Of a DNA stretch of 28,637 bases, positions 1 to 8,687 are shown one piece after another (the first letter of the stretch is position 1; the number at the start of each line of letters is the position of its first letter). The notes under the pieces are model-generated. The model saw only the letters and a list, made by a program, of their open reading frames with translations. It did not search any database and was not told the DNA's origin. Origin of the DNA: an uncultured archaeon (GTDB lineage: Archaea; Asgardarchaeota; Thorarchaeia; Thorarchaeales; Thorarchaeaceae); contig CAZVZC010000002.1 of the NCBI GenBank assembly GCA_964631415.1, positions 1 to 28,637 on the forward strand, given 5' to 3'. Position numbers and translations under genes: made by a program.

Positions 1-278
1 CGTATCTGATTTACTTCCCGTCCTTTGTATGTGATGCTCTAGTGGGGAACTGGGCCGGCTATGTCCCAGGAGGGCTGCTCTTCTCGGAGCCTTTTGTCCT
101 GTTCTTGTTCTATTCGGTCCTTATGCCGAGTCAGTTTTCATACTACGCATGGGTGTCTGATATGGGAGCGGAGTTCGTGCGCGCGGGGCTCGTTCAAGTT
201 CTCAGCATCTGGATCGTAGGCAGCCTCCTTTTCGCGTGGCTTGCTGTCGAGATCACTCGTAGACTGAGTCGGAACTGA
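1..278 (+). CDS. 3' end of a polytopic membrane protein, probably ABC-2-type permease (5' truncated by window edge)
   Basis: Frame is open from nt 3 (YLIYFPSFVCDALVGNW...). Hydrophobic helices and a basic C-terminus (RRLSRN) like the next gene, which starts 2 nt later. Confidence 0.6.
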   Translation, partial: YLIYFPSFVCDALVGNWAGYVPGGLLFSEPFVLFLFYSVLMPSQFSYYAWVSDMGAEFVRAGLVQVLSIWIVGSLLFAWLAVEITRRLSRN

Positions 279-280
279 AG

Positions 281-1060
281 GTGGCATCGAAGAAGATGAC
301 CTCAGCCCTAGTGCGATGTGCAGACCTCATCCTTGTCTCAGGTACTCACATATCAGCCATCGTTGGACTTGTCTTGATGATTGCCGGGAGCCTAGTAAGA
401 CACATCTCACTCTTGGCTGTTGGGGCGACAGAGAGTCTGGTCTATGCAGCACTGGAGGCGGAGTTTCAAGGTGGAGGAAACCTTACACTTGTGGCCTTGA
501 TAATGAGTGGTGTTCTGTTCCAGATGTTCCTTTCGGAGTCGCAGCTGCAGAAAGACGTAGGTCTAGTGCTACAGCCAGTAGAGAGAGTCCACATATACGG
601 TTGTAGACTCCTCCTCGACCTCCTAATGGTCCTAGCGTACTTCGTATACGTCATGGGGTTCTACTCTTATCTTTCTGTAACCCTGAGCGATCCTGAGTTC
701 CTCGGGTTTGGATTAGCAGTTGTGGTGGTGGGTTCTTGCCTCGTCTTCATGGTCCACGCCATTGTGTTCCTCCTCACTGTGCTTCCCATTGACGACATGC
801 AGAAGGGTGCGTTACTTGTGATCTTAGCCATCTTTTGTGTTTCCCCTCCAGTGGGAACTGGCGGAGTTTCATTGACCCTCTTCATGTTCCTTGCACCAGC
901 CATCGTTGGGTTGCTCCCTTCTGCCGTAGTGGAATCACTCGAACAGGCAACAGGGACAACACTGGAACCCACACTCCTGCCGCTGGTGTCGATCGTCCTT
1001 CTGTTCGGACTCGCGTGCATTGTCTACGTCTCAGTTCTCAGACGGAGAGAGTTCCCCTAG
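281..1060 (+). CDS. ABC-2-type transporter permease (~6 TM)
   Basis: 259 aa, about six hydrophobic segments. The 'LLLQPV.R..IY..RLL'-like loop (LVLQPVERVHIYGCRLL) and C-terminal 'LRRREF' are typical of ABC-2 permeases. Confidence 0.6.
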   Translation: MASKKMTSALVRCADLILVSGTHISAIVGLVLMIAGSLVRHISLLAVGATESLVYAALEAEFQGGGNLTLVALIMSGVLFQMFLSESQLQKDVGLVLQPVERVHIYGCRLLLDLLMVLAYFVYVMGFYSYLSVTLSDPEFLGFGLAVVVVGSCLVFMVHAIVFLLTVLPIDDMQKGALLVILAIFCVSPPVGTGGVSLTLFMFLAPAIVGLLPSAVVESLEQATGTTLEPTLLPLVSIVLLFGLACIVYVSVLRRREFP

Positions 1061-1604
1061 AAGAGGCCGGGGCTGTCCCATCCTGCCTCCTTGCTCAAGA
1101 AGGAGAGACATCAGGATGCCGTGTGGCAGAAGGTGTGTCGCCTCGACCGTGAGGTTTCCCGGTTGATTGCTTCGCGTACTGTCTGGTTCTGTGAGGAACA
1201 CAGCGTGAAGACCGTGTACTTCGAAGACCTGAGGAGCTATCAGGCGCCGCGAGGTCGGGGGGACCTTTCTTGGAGACTCTCCACAAACCTCTGGGGAGAA
1301 GTCATTGACACTGTACGATACATGCGAGAGTCACTGGGTCATAGCACGTACGGTGTGTGCACAGTGAACCCGCGCTACACCAGCCAGACCTGTCATGCGT
1401 GTAGGCAGAGAGGCATTCGGGTCGATAGCCGCGGGTCAAAGACGGAACAGAGAGGCGGAGAGTACTTCTACTGTCCGCACTGTGACTCACACATCCATGC
1501 AGACATCAATGCTGCTCGAAACGTGATGCACGTTCACGGTCTCAGTGCCGTTCCTGAGAGGACACAGGACACATGTCCTACCTTGTCCAACTTACAATGA
1601 ACGG
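1061..1604 (+). mobile_element. tnpB: Remnant of an IS200/IS605- or IS607-family element: N-terminally truncated TnpB (ORF 1091-1600) with right-end region
   Basis: RuvC-II 'VYFEDL', 'VNPRYTSQTC', Zn ribbon CHAC...CPHC and RuvC-III 'HADINAARN' are present. WED/REC and RuvC-I are absent. No transposase in the window. Confidence 0.85.
1520..1604 (+). ncRNA. Candidate omegaRNA (reRNA) scaffold / IS right-end hairpins
   Basis: Three consecutive stem-loops right after DINAARN: aacgtg-atg-cacgtt (1520-1534), tctcag-N8-ctgaga (1540-1559), and nested ggaca-c-aggac-acat-gtcct-acct-tgtcc (1560-1588). This is where TnpB omegaRNAs are encoded. Confidence 0.45.
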
Positions 1605-2420
1605 TTATGCTTGTCGACCCTCCTCACTCTTCCACACCCCCAGGAGCTCTCTGGAGTTCCTCAGATTGTTCGGAACGTACTCTGAAAGGAACCCCTTGAG
1701 TATGTGATCCGGGTCACCCTGAACACCATACCTCTTGAAGTACGAGAGGACATTGAAGATATCGCGTTTCAGCAGATGCACGACGACCTTCATGTCGGCC
1801 CATGGTCCGATGAAGTATGCCTGTGGCACATCGATGATCCATGGCTGGTTACGCCACCACAGTATGTTGTAGGCGCTCAAGTCTCCATGCACGTACTTTG
1901 CGTCACGGTACATAATCAGGTATTCGTCGAACACTTGTTCCATGGCCTGCTCGGGGTCATCCAGTCGAACATCCTTGAGCTGCTGCGCCGGGTCGCTGCT
2001 GTCACCCAAGAATCGCATGGTAAGGTAGTTGCCAACTCGACCTATGGGCGTTGGTACATGCACGGTAGCCTTGAAGCAGGCTGAGAGGACGTCGTACTCC
2101 TTAGCAGCAACTGATTCCATCTTTTCTATGGCATAGAACCCCTTGCGCTTCTCTGCCTGCGAGGTCTGCCATAGTCTGTAGACCTTGAGTATGATGGGGT
2201 GCTCTCTCCAATGGGCGAGGAATATCGATGCCTCCTTTCCAGCATTGATCTGCGACCAGACTTCAGTGGCAAGTCCAAAACGTACTGCATCACGCTTCAC
2301 CGCTTCGAATGTGATCTCGCTAATCGGTACAGCCGCACCCCTCCTTCCGGCCCGGTCGTGGTCTCTCTCTCTTGAGAGGGTGCTGGCCTTGAGGGGATTG
2401 AATCGCTCTACCCGGCTCAT
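1605..2420 (-). CDS. RIO1-family atypical Ser/Thr kinase
   Basis: 'INAGKEASIF' P-loop, 'ILKVY', 'VPTP', catalytic 'HGDLSAYNIL', 'IIDVPQA', 'LKRDIFNV..YF'. GAGGTG RBS upstream. No RIO2 winged helix. Confidence 0.9.
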   Translation of the reverse strand: MSRVERFNPLKASTLSRERDHDRAGRRGAAVPISEITFEAVKRDAVRFGLATEVWSQINAGKEASIFLAHWREHPIILKVYRLWQTSQAEKRKGFYAIEKMESVAAKEYDVLSACFKATVHVPTPIGRVGNYLTMRFLGDSSDPAQQLKDVRLDDPEQAMEQVFDEYLIMYRDAKYVHGDLSAYNILWWRNQPWIIDVPQAYFIGPWADMKVVVHLLKRDIFNVLSYFKRYGVQGDPDHILKGFLSEYVPNNLRNSRELLGVWKSEEGRQA

Positions 2421-2730
2421 CTCTCACACCTCGGTGAGAATGCCCGGGTGCGCTCTCTGGTTTGTGGTATGCAACTCTGTAGTACACCTTCGGATTTAGG
2501 GCGTCCATGCGTCAGTCTTGTTAGTGGCACAAAGTCGACTACTAAGGAGCCAGCAGTCCGCGCTGTGTTTCAGTCAGTGAGCACACCGACGCATGATTGG
2601 CTGCAGACAGAGAGAAGCAGCGGAGGTCTACGCGACCTCACAAGCACGGATACTAATGCTCTCTGGAATGAATACATCGCCTGTAATCATAAAGCCAGGA
2701 ACACCTCCGTGCTCTTGTTAGGATTCGTGC

Positions 2731-3292
2731 TCATGACAAGGGCATATATGACTTTTGGTCAACGAAGACCCGGTGACCTTGTGTTCCAGCTGATTTGCCT
2801 TCTTCGCTTTCGTTGCTTGCGGCTCTTGAGAATCGGGTTTCTCGAATGAAGGCGCACAGCAAGAACGCTCCGACAAGCCCCAGACCCGAAGCAAGCCAAA
2901 ATGGCAAGATGTGCCCTCCGATTGAAAACCATCCGACCTGAAACATGGTTAAGCAGGAAGTATCCCATGAGACCCATCACGATAATGGGTTTCCGACCTC
3001 GTTTGTCAGAGACCCCTCCTTAGTAGAGGGCAAGCGGCGTCCTCGTCGCCATGAATGATGCCATCATCACACCAAGGAGGACCGAGAACTCAGCAACAAC
3101 CTCAGGAGGGACAACATAGCCTGGGCCAGGGGGCTGTTCCAGTCCGCCTTCGAGGGCAATCAAATAAAACGACATCAACGGAGAAATCTATCCGAACCCG
3201 ATCATCACGAGCATGGCATCCAAGGCAACGACCATGAGCTTGACGTTTGTATAGAGATGCTCCTTTTTGCTGCGCGGATCAGTCTCATCCAT
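2731..3292 (-). pseudogene. Decayed MFS transporter
   Basis: Manual translation from ATG 3292 gives MDETDPRSKKEHLYTNVKLMVVALDAMLVMIGFG*ISPLMSFYL...LALY*GGVSDKRGRKPIIVMGLMGYF, containing MFS motif A. In-frame stops at 3188-3190 and 3020-3022, then a frameshift/deletion near 2946 into 'LPFWLASGLGLVGAFLLCAFIRET'. Confidence 0.8.
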
Positions 3293-3478
3293 CACTCGTC
3301 GATACTTCTAGGTTCGTTTCGCCGCCTCGGCGTGCCTATGTAGATGCCCATCAAATGGCCCTCACATACAGAAGGCTTTATCTCAGTAGAATTTCGGGTG
3401 TTTGCGGTTTCCGTCTGGCATTTGTGCGTAACAAGATATGTCAGCCGGAGCTTTCAAGGCGACAAGAGACGACGGCAA

Positions 3479-5185
3479 ATGGCCAAGGCAAGCAACCCGT
3501 TGATAGTACAGTCTGACAAGTCAATGCTACTTGAGGTCGATAACCCCCTCTATGAAGTGGCGCGGGACTCTCTTGCTCGATTCGCTGAACTGGTGAAGAG
3601 CCCAGAGTACGTTCATACTTACAGGATTACGCCGCTTAGCCTTTGGAATGCCGCTTCGACTGGGATGACGCCAGACGAGGTTGTGAAGACACTAGAAACA
3701 TATGCCAAGTATCCAATACCGGGCAATATTGCCCGTGAAATCATCGACTACATGAGCAGGTATGGGCAGATCTCCTTGGAAAAGGAGGGTGAGAGGTTGA
3801 TCCTCTCGTGTGCTACCCAGAACCTTGCCGAGGAGCTTTGGACGAACAAGAAAGTCCGTGAACTGATTCTTGAGAGACTGGACAAGAAGAGTATGCTAAT
3901 TGAACCGTCGATGAGAGGGCTCATAAAACAGGTCCTGATCGAGTTCGGTCACCCGGTGGAGGATGTTGCAGGCTATGCAGAGGGAGAGGAACTTCACTTT
4001 GAGCTCCGCTCCACAAGTCTCTCCGGGAGGCCTTTCAAACTCAGGGACTATCAAGAAGCATCTGCGGCTGCCTTTCATGCTGGCGGGGGAGTTTCAGGAG
4101 GTTCAGGTGTTGTCGTTCTTCCGTGCGGCGCAGGAAAGACGATGGTCGGAATGGGGATCATGGATAGACTTCAGACGTCCGTTCTGATACTTTGTCCTAA
4201 CGTTGTGGCAGTCCGCCAATGGATAACTGAACTGCTTGACAAGACGACACTCAAACCAGAGCAGATAGGCGAGTATACAGGGGACACGAAGGCCATACGT
4301 CCTGTCACTGTGGCGACATATCAGATTCTCACTTGGCGAAGATCGAAGGACGGTGAGTTCGAGCACTTCAAGATATTCGAGGCCAGGAAATGGGGTCTTA
4401 TCATATATGACGAAGTGCACCTCCTACCGGCCCCTGTCTTCAGAGTGACTGCTTCCATTCAGGCCACAAGAAGGCTGGGCCTGACGGCGACTCTGGTGAG
4501 AGAGGATGAACGAGAAGAGGATGTCTTCAGTCTTATTGGCCCGAAGAAGTATGACGTACCATGGAAGCAGCTCGAGGATCAAGGTTGGATTGCCACCGCA
4601 GTCTGCTATGAGATACGCATCGAGCTGCCAGAGGGATTGAAGCGGAAGTACGCAGTGGAAGAAGACAGACGGAAGTACCGCATAGCTGCTGAGAACCCGG
4701 TCAAGCTCGAGATACTTAGAAAGATTGTCGACCACCACCACAAGGACAACATCTTGGTGATTGGCATGTACCTAGATCAGCTCAATATCATTGCTCACGA
4801 ACTGGACGCGCCATTGATCACAGGGAAGACGAGCAACACGGAGCGGGGTGAACTCTATGGTGCCTTTCGCCGCGGTGAGCTCAAGACTCTGGTCGTGTCG
4901 AAGGTGGCGAACTTCGCCTTGGACCTACCCGACGCCAACGTCGCCATTCAGGTGTCCGGGACCTTTGGCTCGCGACAAGAGGAGGCCCAGAGGCTGGGCA
5001 GAATCCTCAGACCCAAGACTGATGGAAGCCTGGCAAGGTTCTATAGCATAGTGACAAAGGACACCCGTGACATGGACTTCGCGGCCAAGAGGCAGCTGTT
5101 CCTTACAGAGCAGGGCTATCAGTACATCATTGCGTCTGGCGAAGAAGAGATCTGGAAGGAACCGATTCAGAAGCTCTTCTGCTAG
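3479..5185 (+). CDS. xpb: DNA repair helicase/translocase XPB, ERCC3/Ssl2-type with N-terminal Helicase_C_3 domain
   Basis: NTD 'PLIVQSDKSMLLE...HTYRITPLSLWNAAS.G', 'LRDYQ', Walker A 'VLPCGAGKT', 'DEVH', 'LGLTATLVRED' (RED motif), 'GSRQEEAQRLGRILRPK'. Probable start ATG 3479; ORF track starts at 3344. Confidence 0.95.
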   Translation: MAKASNPLIVQSDKSMLLEVDNPLYEVARDSLARFAELVKSPEYVHTYRITPLSLWNAASTGMTPDEVVKTLETYAKYPIPGNIAREIIDYMSRYGQISLEKEGERLILSCATQNLAEELWTNKKVRELILERLDKKSMLIEPSMRGLIKQVLIEFGHPVEDVAGYAEGEELHFELRSTSLSGRPFKLRDYQEASAAAFHAGGGVSGGSGVVVLPCGAGKTMVGMGIMDRLQTSVLILCPNVVAVRQWITELLDKTTLKPEQIGEYTGDTKAIRPVTVATYQILTWRRSKDGEFEHFKIFEARKWGLIIYDEVHLLPAPVFRVTASIQATRRLGLTATLVREDEREEDVFSLIGPKKYDVPWKQLEDQGWIATAVCYEIRIELPEGLKRKYAVEEDRRKYRIAAENPVKLEILRKIVDHHHKDNILVIGMYLDQLNIIAHELDAPLITGKTSNTERGELYGAFRRGELKTLVVSKVANFALDLPDANVAIQVSGTFGSRQEEAQRLGRILRPKTDGSLARFYSIVTKDTRDMDFAAKRQLFLTEQGYQYIIASGEEEIWKEPIQKLFC

Positions 5186-6012
5186 TTGCCCTCAGGCCCG
5201 GGAGATTCGAACCGGGTGAGAGACTTGGCTATCTGCTTTATCTCATCAATGCTCATGCGTCTCACACCCTTGATTCCCACGTCGAACGTGACCCATATAG
5301 GATTGTGAGCCGCGCCCTTGACCTTCGTCACTCTAAACTGTTTGATGAGCATGCCGGCCTTGCTGAAGGCAGGCTCGTGTCTGGTGTCTACAATGACATC
5401 ACTGATGTAGGTGATCATATCATCGTACGCTGAGAACTGCTGCAGACCAGTATGGTAGGTGGCCCAGAATGGTATTGAAAGCTCCTTGCAGAAAGTTGCC
5501 CTCCATGCTTTCACTGCATTGACGGCCTTGAACGGATGGGACTGGAGGAAAAGCTCGGTTATGCTGTCCATGAATATCGCTCCGATCTTGCTACGATTGC
5601 TCTCTTGGGCAATAGCCCTTATCGCTTCGCCTATTTCGTCCGGCTCGCTGGGATCACGCACGAGACTGGTATGCTCGCTTGGTGCGGTACGGTGGAGTAT
5701 TTGCGTAGAGAAACAGTCGACTAGGCGTATCAACCCCTTGTCGAGCATCGTCGTGTAGTCCCAGCCAAGCGAACATAGATTCTGCAATACCGAGAGCGGG
5801 GTGTCTTCAAAGCAGACGTAGATGACGCTCTTGCCTGCCTCCATCATGCATTTGGCAATCTCATTGAGAATGACTGATTTGCCACCTCCACCAGGACCTC
5901 TTATGACTCCGAATGCGTTGCATGGAAAGCCTTTGGGAACCTCGTCATCCAAAGCATCTATGCCGGTCCTGTATAGGTTCTTACCCTTCTCTAAGAGGTC
6001 CTTATAGCTCAT
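5182..6012 (-). CDS. Single-domain KaiC/RAD55-like RecA-superfamily ATPase
   Basis: 'TGIDALD', Walker A 'GPGGGGKS', 'YVCFED', 'LVDCF', Walker B 'IFMDSIT', 'VTKVKG..H'. GGTGAGGTG RBS. Stop overlaps the xpb stop. Confidence 0.85.
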   Translation of the reverse strand: MSYKDLLEKGKNLYRTGIDALDDEVPKGFPCNAFGVIRGPGGGGKSVILNEIAKCMMEAGKSVIYVCFEDTPLSVLQNLCSLGWDYTTMLDKGLIRLVDCFSTQILHRTAPSEHTSLVRDPSEPDEIGEAIRAIAQESNRSKIGAIFMDSITELFLQSHPFKAVNAVKAWRATFCKELSIPFWATYHTGLQQFSAYDDMITYISDVIVDTRHEPAFSKAGMLIKQFRVTKVKGAAHNPIWVTFDVGIKGVRRMSIDEIKQIAKSLTRFESPGPEGN

Positions 6013-6080
6013 GCCGCCACCTCACCAAATGCGTGTCCGCGAAACAACCACGAAGCCGCTGGCCCTGCCGACTGATAATC

Positions 6081-7040
6081 TTACCTGAGGGAGGTCAGAT
6101 ACTGCATCTTGTCTTGGACATACCTGAATACTCTTGCTCCAGCGTTAGGAGCTAATGCAGTGTACTCAATCAGGCCGGCCTCCAGCCGCTCCAGAAACTG
6201 CAGGCTCCATCCCACAGCCGAAATGACTGCAAGGGGTCGTAGATTCTCGATTATGGGTAACTCATCGCTCACAGACAGGACTTCATGCCGAATACTCAGT
6301 ATTGAGCCCTCATCCTGACTGAACAAGTAAGCCAAGTCAAGGAGCGGCTCGCCAATGCTGCAAGACTCGAGGTCTATCAGCACGACCCGATCCGGTTGAA
6401 TGACAACGTTGGACTCCTGCAGGTCACCATGCATTGTTCTCCGTGACCAAACGCAGGACGAGTCAGTTATGTCCCCTACTCTCTCGACGACTCGTTCAAA
6501 TGACCCGAGAAGGCGGCCGAGGTTGGGTGACAAGGATGTAGCCCCCTGTGTGGACTGCTTGACCACGTCCGTGATACTTGACAGATAGTCAGAAGGCTGC
6601 CTGTAGGACTTCACGCCGGGCGGTCTGAGTGCCGAAAGACGAGCCAGCGCGACTCTGAGATTGCTCAGGTCATCGCCGGTCATCTCAGGCAAGCTTGACC
6701 TGACGACACCTTCGGCATACTCTGCCACCATGAACGGCGTACGCTCCTCATCATTCAGACGACCAATCTTCACAGGTTTCGGACACAGCCCATCTCGGGA
6801 GAGGAAGTCCATCACCTTGTATTCCCGGGTGTAGGGGTGCGACCTGAACGGGCCCTTCGTCGTTGGGAGTTTCAGGACAAACGTGCGTTCCTGTGAATAC
6901 GTCAAGAGAGTGATGTTGCTCCAACCGCCTAGGAGGGAAGGGTCAATCGTGATATCAAACTCGCCGCCTAAAGAGCGGCTTACTTGGTCCTCCAGTTCAG
7001 GTAGAGAGTGCCCATGCACAATCTTGACTTGAGGTTTCAT
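6081..7040 (-). CDS. Aminoglycoside phosphotransferase/choline kinase-family kinase
   Basis: 'LGGWSN' loop, 'FVLKL', 'RE..VM..L', Brenner motif 'HGDLQESNV', 'LIDLE', 'GEPLLDLAYL'. Confidence 0.85.
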   Translation of the reverse strand: MKPQVKIVHGHSLPELEDQVSRSLGGEFDITIDPSLLGGWSNITLLTYSQERTFVLKLPTTKGPFRSHPYTREYKVMDFLSRDGLCPKPVKIGRLNDEERTPFMVAEYAEGVVRSSLPEMTGDDLSNLRVALARLSALRPPGVKSYRQPSDYLSSITDVVKQSTQGATSLSPNLGRLLGSFERVVERVGDITDSSCVWSRRTMHGDLQESNVVIQPDRVVLIDLESCSIGEPLLDLAYLFSQDEGSILSIRHEVLSVSDELPIIENLRPLAVISAVGWSLQFLERLEAGLIEYTALAPNAGARVFRYVQDKMQYLTSLR

Positions 7041-7070
7041 GTTGGCAACTATGTCCCCTCAGCAAGTCAA

Positions 7071-7082
7071 AGTACTTAAAGA
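7071..7082. promoter_or_regulatory. Candidate shared TATA box for divergent genes
   Basis: TACTTAAA (TTTAAGTA on the - strand) in a 62-nt gap, ~23 nt before ATG 7103 and ~33 nt before ATG 7040. Confidence 0.45.
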
Positions 7083-7102
7083 GCACCGGGCACGGATGAC
7101 GC

Positions 7103-7390
7103 ATGAATGGAAGAGATGTCTTACTCATACTGGCACACCTCTTCAGAAAGCAAGGAGGCCCGGTCAAGATAGAGGAGGCCGTGGAGCTACTGTCATTCAG
7201 GTGGAGGTTTGGCACACCGAGCAACGTGAGAAGGATGCTGACCGTTGCACTCCAGAATGACCTCATCTCCAGAGATGGCGAACTACTTTCCCCTGTGTTC
7301 CTCTTTGACCGTCAGGTGCTGGGTCCAGACTTGGTGGGCAAGCTTCAGGACTCAATAGTGGTCGACGCGAAGTTTGAACCCATGCATTAG
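7103..7390 (+). CDS. Small archaeal winged-helix-like protein, DUF2240-like
   Basis: 'LAHLFRKQG...LSFRWRFGTPSNVRRMLTVALQNDLISRDGELLSPVF' matches the pattern I recall for the DUF2240 N-terminus. Confidence 0.6.
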   Translation: MNGRDVLLILAHLFRKQGGPVKIEEAVELLSFRWRFGTPSNVRRMLTVALQNDLISRDGELLSPVFLFDRQVLGPDLVGKLQDSIVVDAKFEPMH

Positions 7391-8502
7391 CTGGTCTTGA
7401 TCGACGTCATCTCGCCAATCGACGCCAAAAGGGCAGACAAATGGACGAATGGGTTCTTTGCCTGCGTAATGCGATATTCAATCTCTGCAATGCGTTGAAG
7501 GATCCGGTCTGTTGTCAGGGAATCTAGTGGTCTGTTCATTATGTCTGCTTGGATACCAATGCATAGCTCTTCAGGGCTGTAACCATCCACTGCCAACAGC
7601 CGCTTCATGAGATCTCTCCCCTGAGCAAACGATCCGTTGACAACAAGGGACACCATCTCTCGGACGCCTTTGGCAACCTGGCTCTCAGAGCACTCGTAGA
7701 CGACATCCTCTGTTATAGCTTCAACTCCTGCTGCACACACTTGAAGCAGATTGACGGCTCGACGCATGTCACCTGAGGACTCATGGGCAATCGCTCTGAA
7801 TGCTCTTTCATCACACATCACACGCTCCTTCGCCGCTATCGTCCTGAGGAACTTCTCGACGACATCGTCCTGCAAAGCTGGGAACCTGACAACCAAGCAT
7901 CGGGAAACAACAGCAGTGTTCCAGCCTGCGAGAGATGGGGTTGTGAGAATGAAGCGACATGCGTCACTGTAGATCTCCATAGTCCTGCGCAACGCCTGCT
8001 GCATACTCCTATCAAGCGCATCAGACTCATCTAGAACTAGGTACTTGACCATCTCGTCGCTCACAGTGATGGTAGATGCAAACAGCCTGACGGCCTCGTG
8101 CAGAAGTTGGCTCTTGTTGGGCTCACCTGTGTGCCCTTTCAGAGCCATGTTCGTCTTTGCCTCTTTGTATACAGCAGACATGTACTCGTCCAGCTCTGTG
8201 CGCTCGCTGCGCTCGAGCTTCGACAGCGTCTGGAGGTCGCGCTTGGCCTTGGCGACTGTGGTTTCCCTCAGGTCGCGGACGTTCAGGTATTTGAAATTCG
8301 CAGTGAATGTATCCCCTAGGAGAGCCCGCGCAAAGACAAAGGCAGCGCAGGACTTGCCGGTGCCCGCTGGGCCGCAGAAGATCATGTTCTGACCAGTCTT
8401 CGACTCTGCAAGTTTCCTCAGTTGTGAGATGGCATCGTCCTGGCCGACGAAGTCTTCCCATGTCTGAGGGCTGTACTTTATGGACCAGAGCACTGGCTCC
8501 AC
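7387..8502 (-). CDS. Replication factor C small-subunit paralog (clamp-loader AAA+) with ~50-aa insertion
   Basis: 'W.IKY.P.TWEDFVGQ', Walker A 'GPAGTGKS', Walker B 'LVLDESD', 'QQALRRTME', 'SRC' Arg finger, 'GDMRRAVNLLQ', collar 'AEIEYRI'. Confidence 0.9.
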   Translation of the reverse strand: MEPVLWSIKYSPQTWEDFVGQDDAISQLRKLAESKTGQNMIFCGPAGTGKSCAAFVFARALLGDTFTANFKYLNVRDLRETTVAKAKRDLQTLSKLERSERTELDEYMSAVYKEAKTNMALKGHTGEPNKSQLLHEAVRLFASTITVSDEMVKYLVLDESDALDRSMQQALRRTMEIYSDACRFILTTPSLAGWNTAVVSRCLVVRFPALQDDVVEKFLRTIAAKERVMCDERAFRAIAHESSGDMRRAVNLLQVCAAGVEAITEDVVYECSESQVAKGVREMVSLVVNGSFAQGRDLMKRLLAVDGYSPEELCIGIQADIMNRPLDSLTTDRILQRIAEIEYRITQAKNPFVHLSALLASIGEMTSIKTS

Positions 8503-8687
8503 CTATCGCACCAAATGAGATGTCGTACGTGGACAAGATAAGCCTGCCCCTCACGACCTTGTTTCTAACGGTAGAAGGCTGCTCCCTTGAAACCAAAGGT
8601 TGACAACACCGAAACTATCATAAACCATTGATTTCAGGCTGGTTGTTTACGAATCTTCGAATGAATGACAGAGGACAGGCAGTCGAT

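Noticed and set aside
1091-1600. Active Cas12f/Fanzor-type nuclease or intact dead-TnpB (TldR) regulator
   Set aside because: The N-terminal half, including WED/REC and RuvC-I, is missing; no CRISPR array or cas genes.
2448-2849. 133-aa + strand ORF and other short ORFs at 2185-3516
   Set aside because: No RBS or motifs; partly antisense to the MFS remnant or RIO gene.
3020-3190. Stop-codon recoding (pyrrolysine) in the MFS gene
   Set aside because: The second stop is TAA and there is also a frameshift/deletion, so decay explains it.
6081-7040. Antibiotic resistance gene
   Set aside because: Only generic APH/choline-kinase fold motifs; substrate cannot be inferred.
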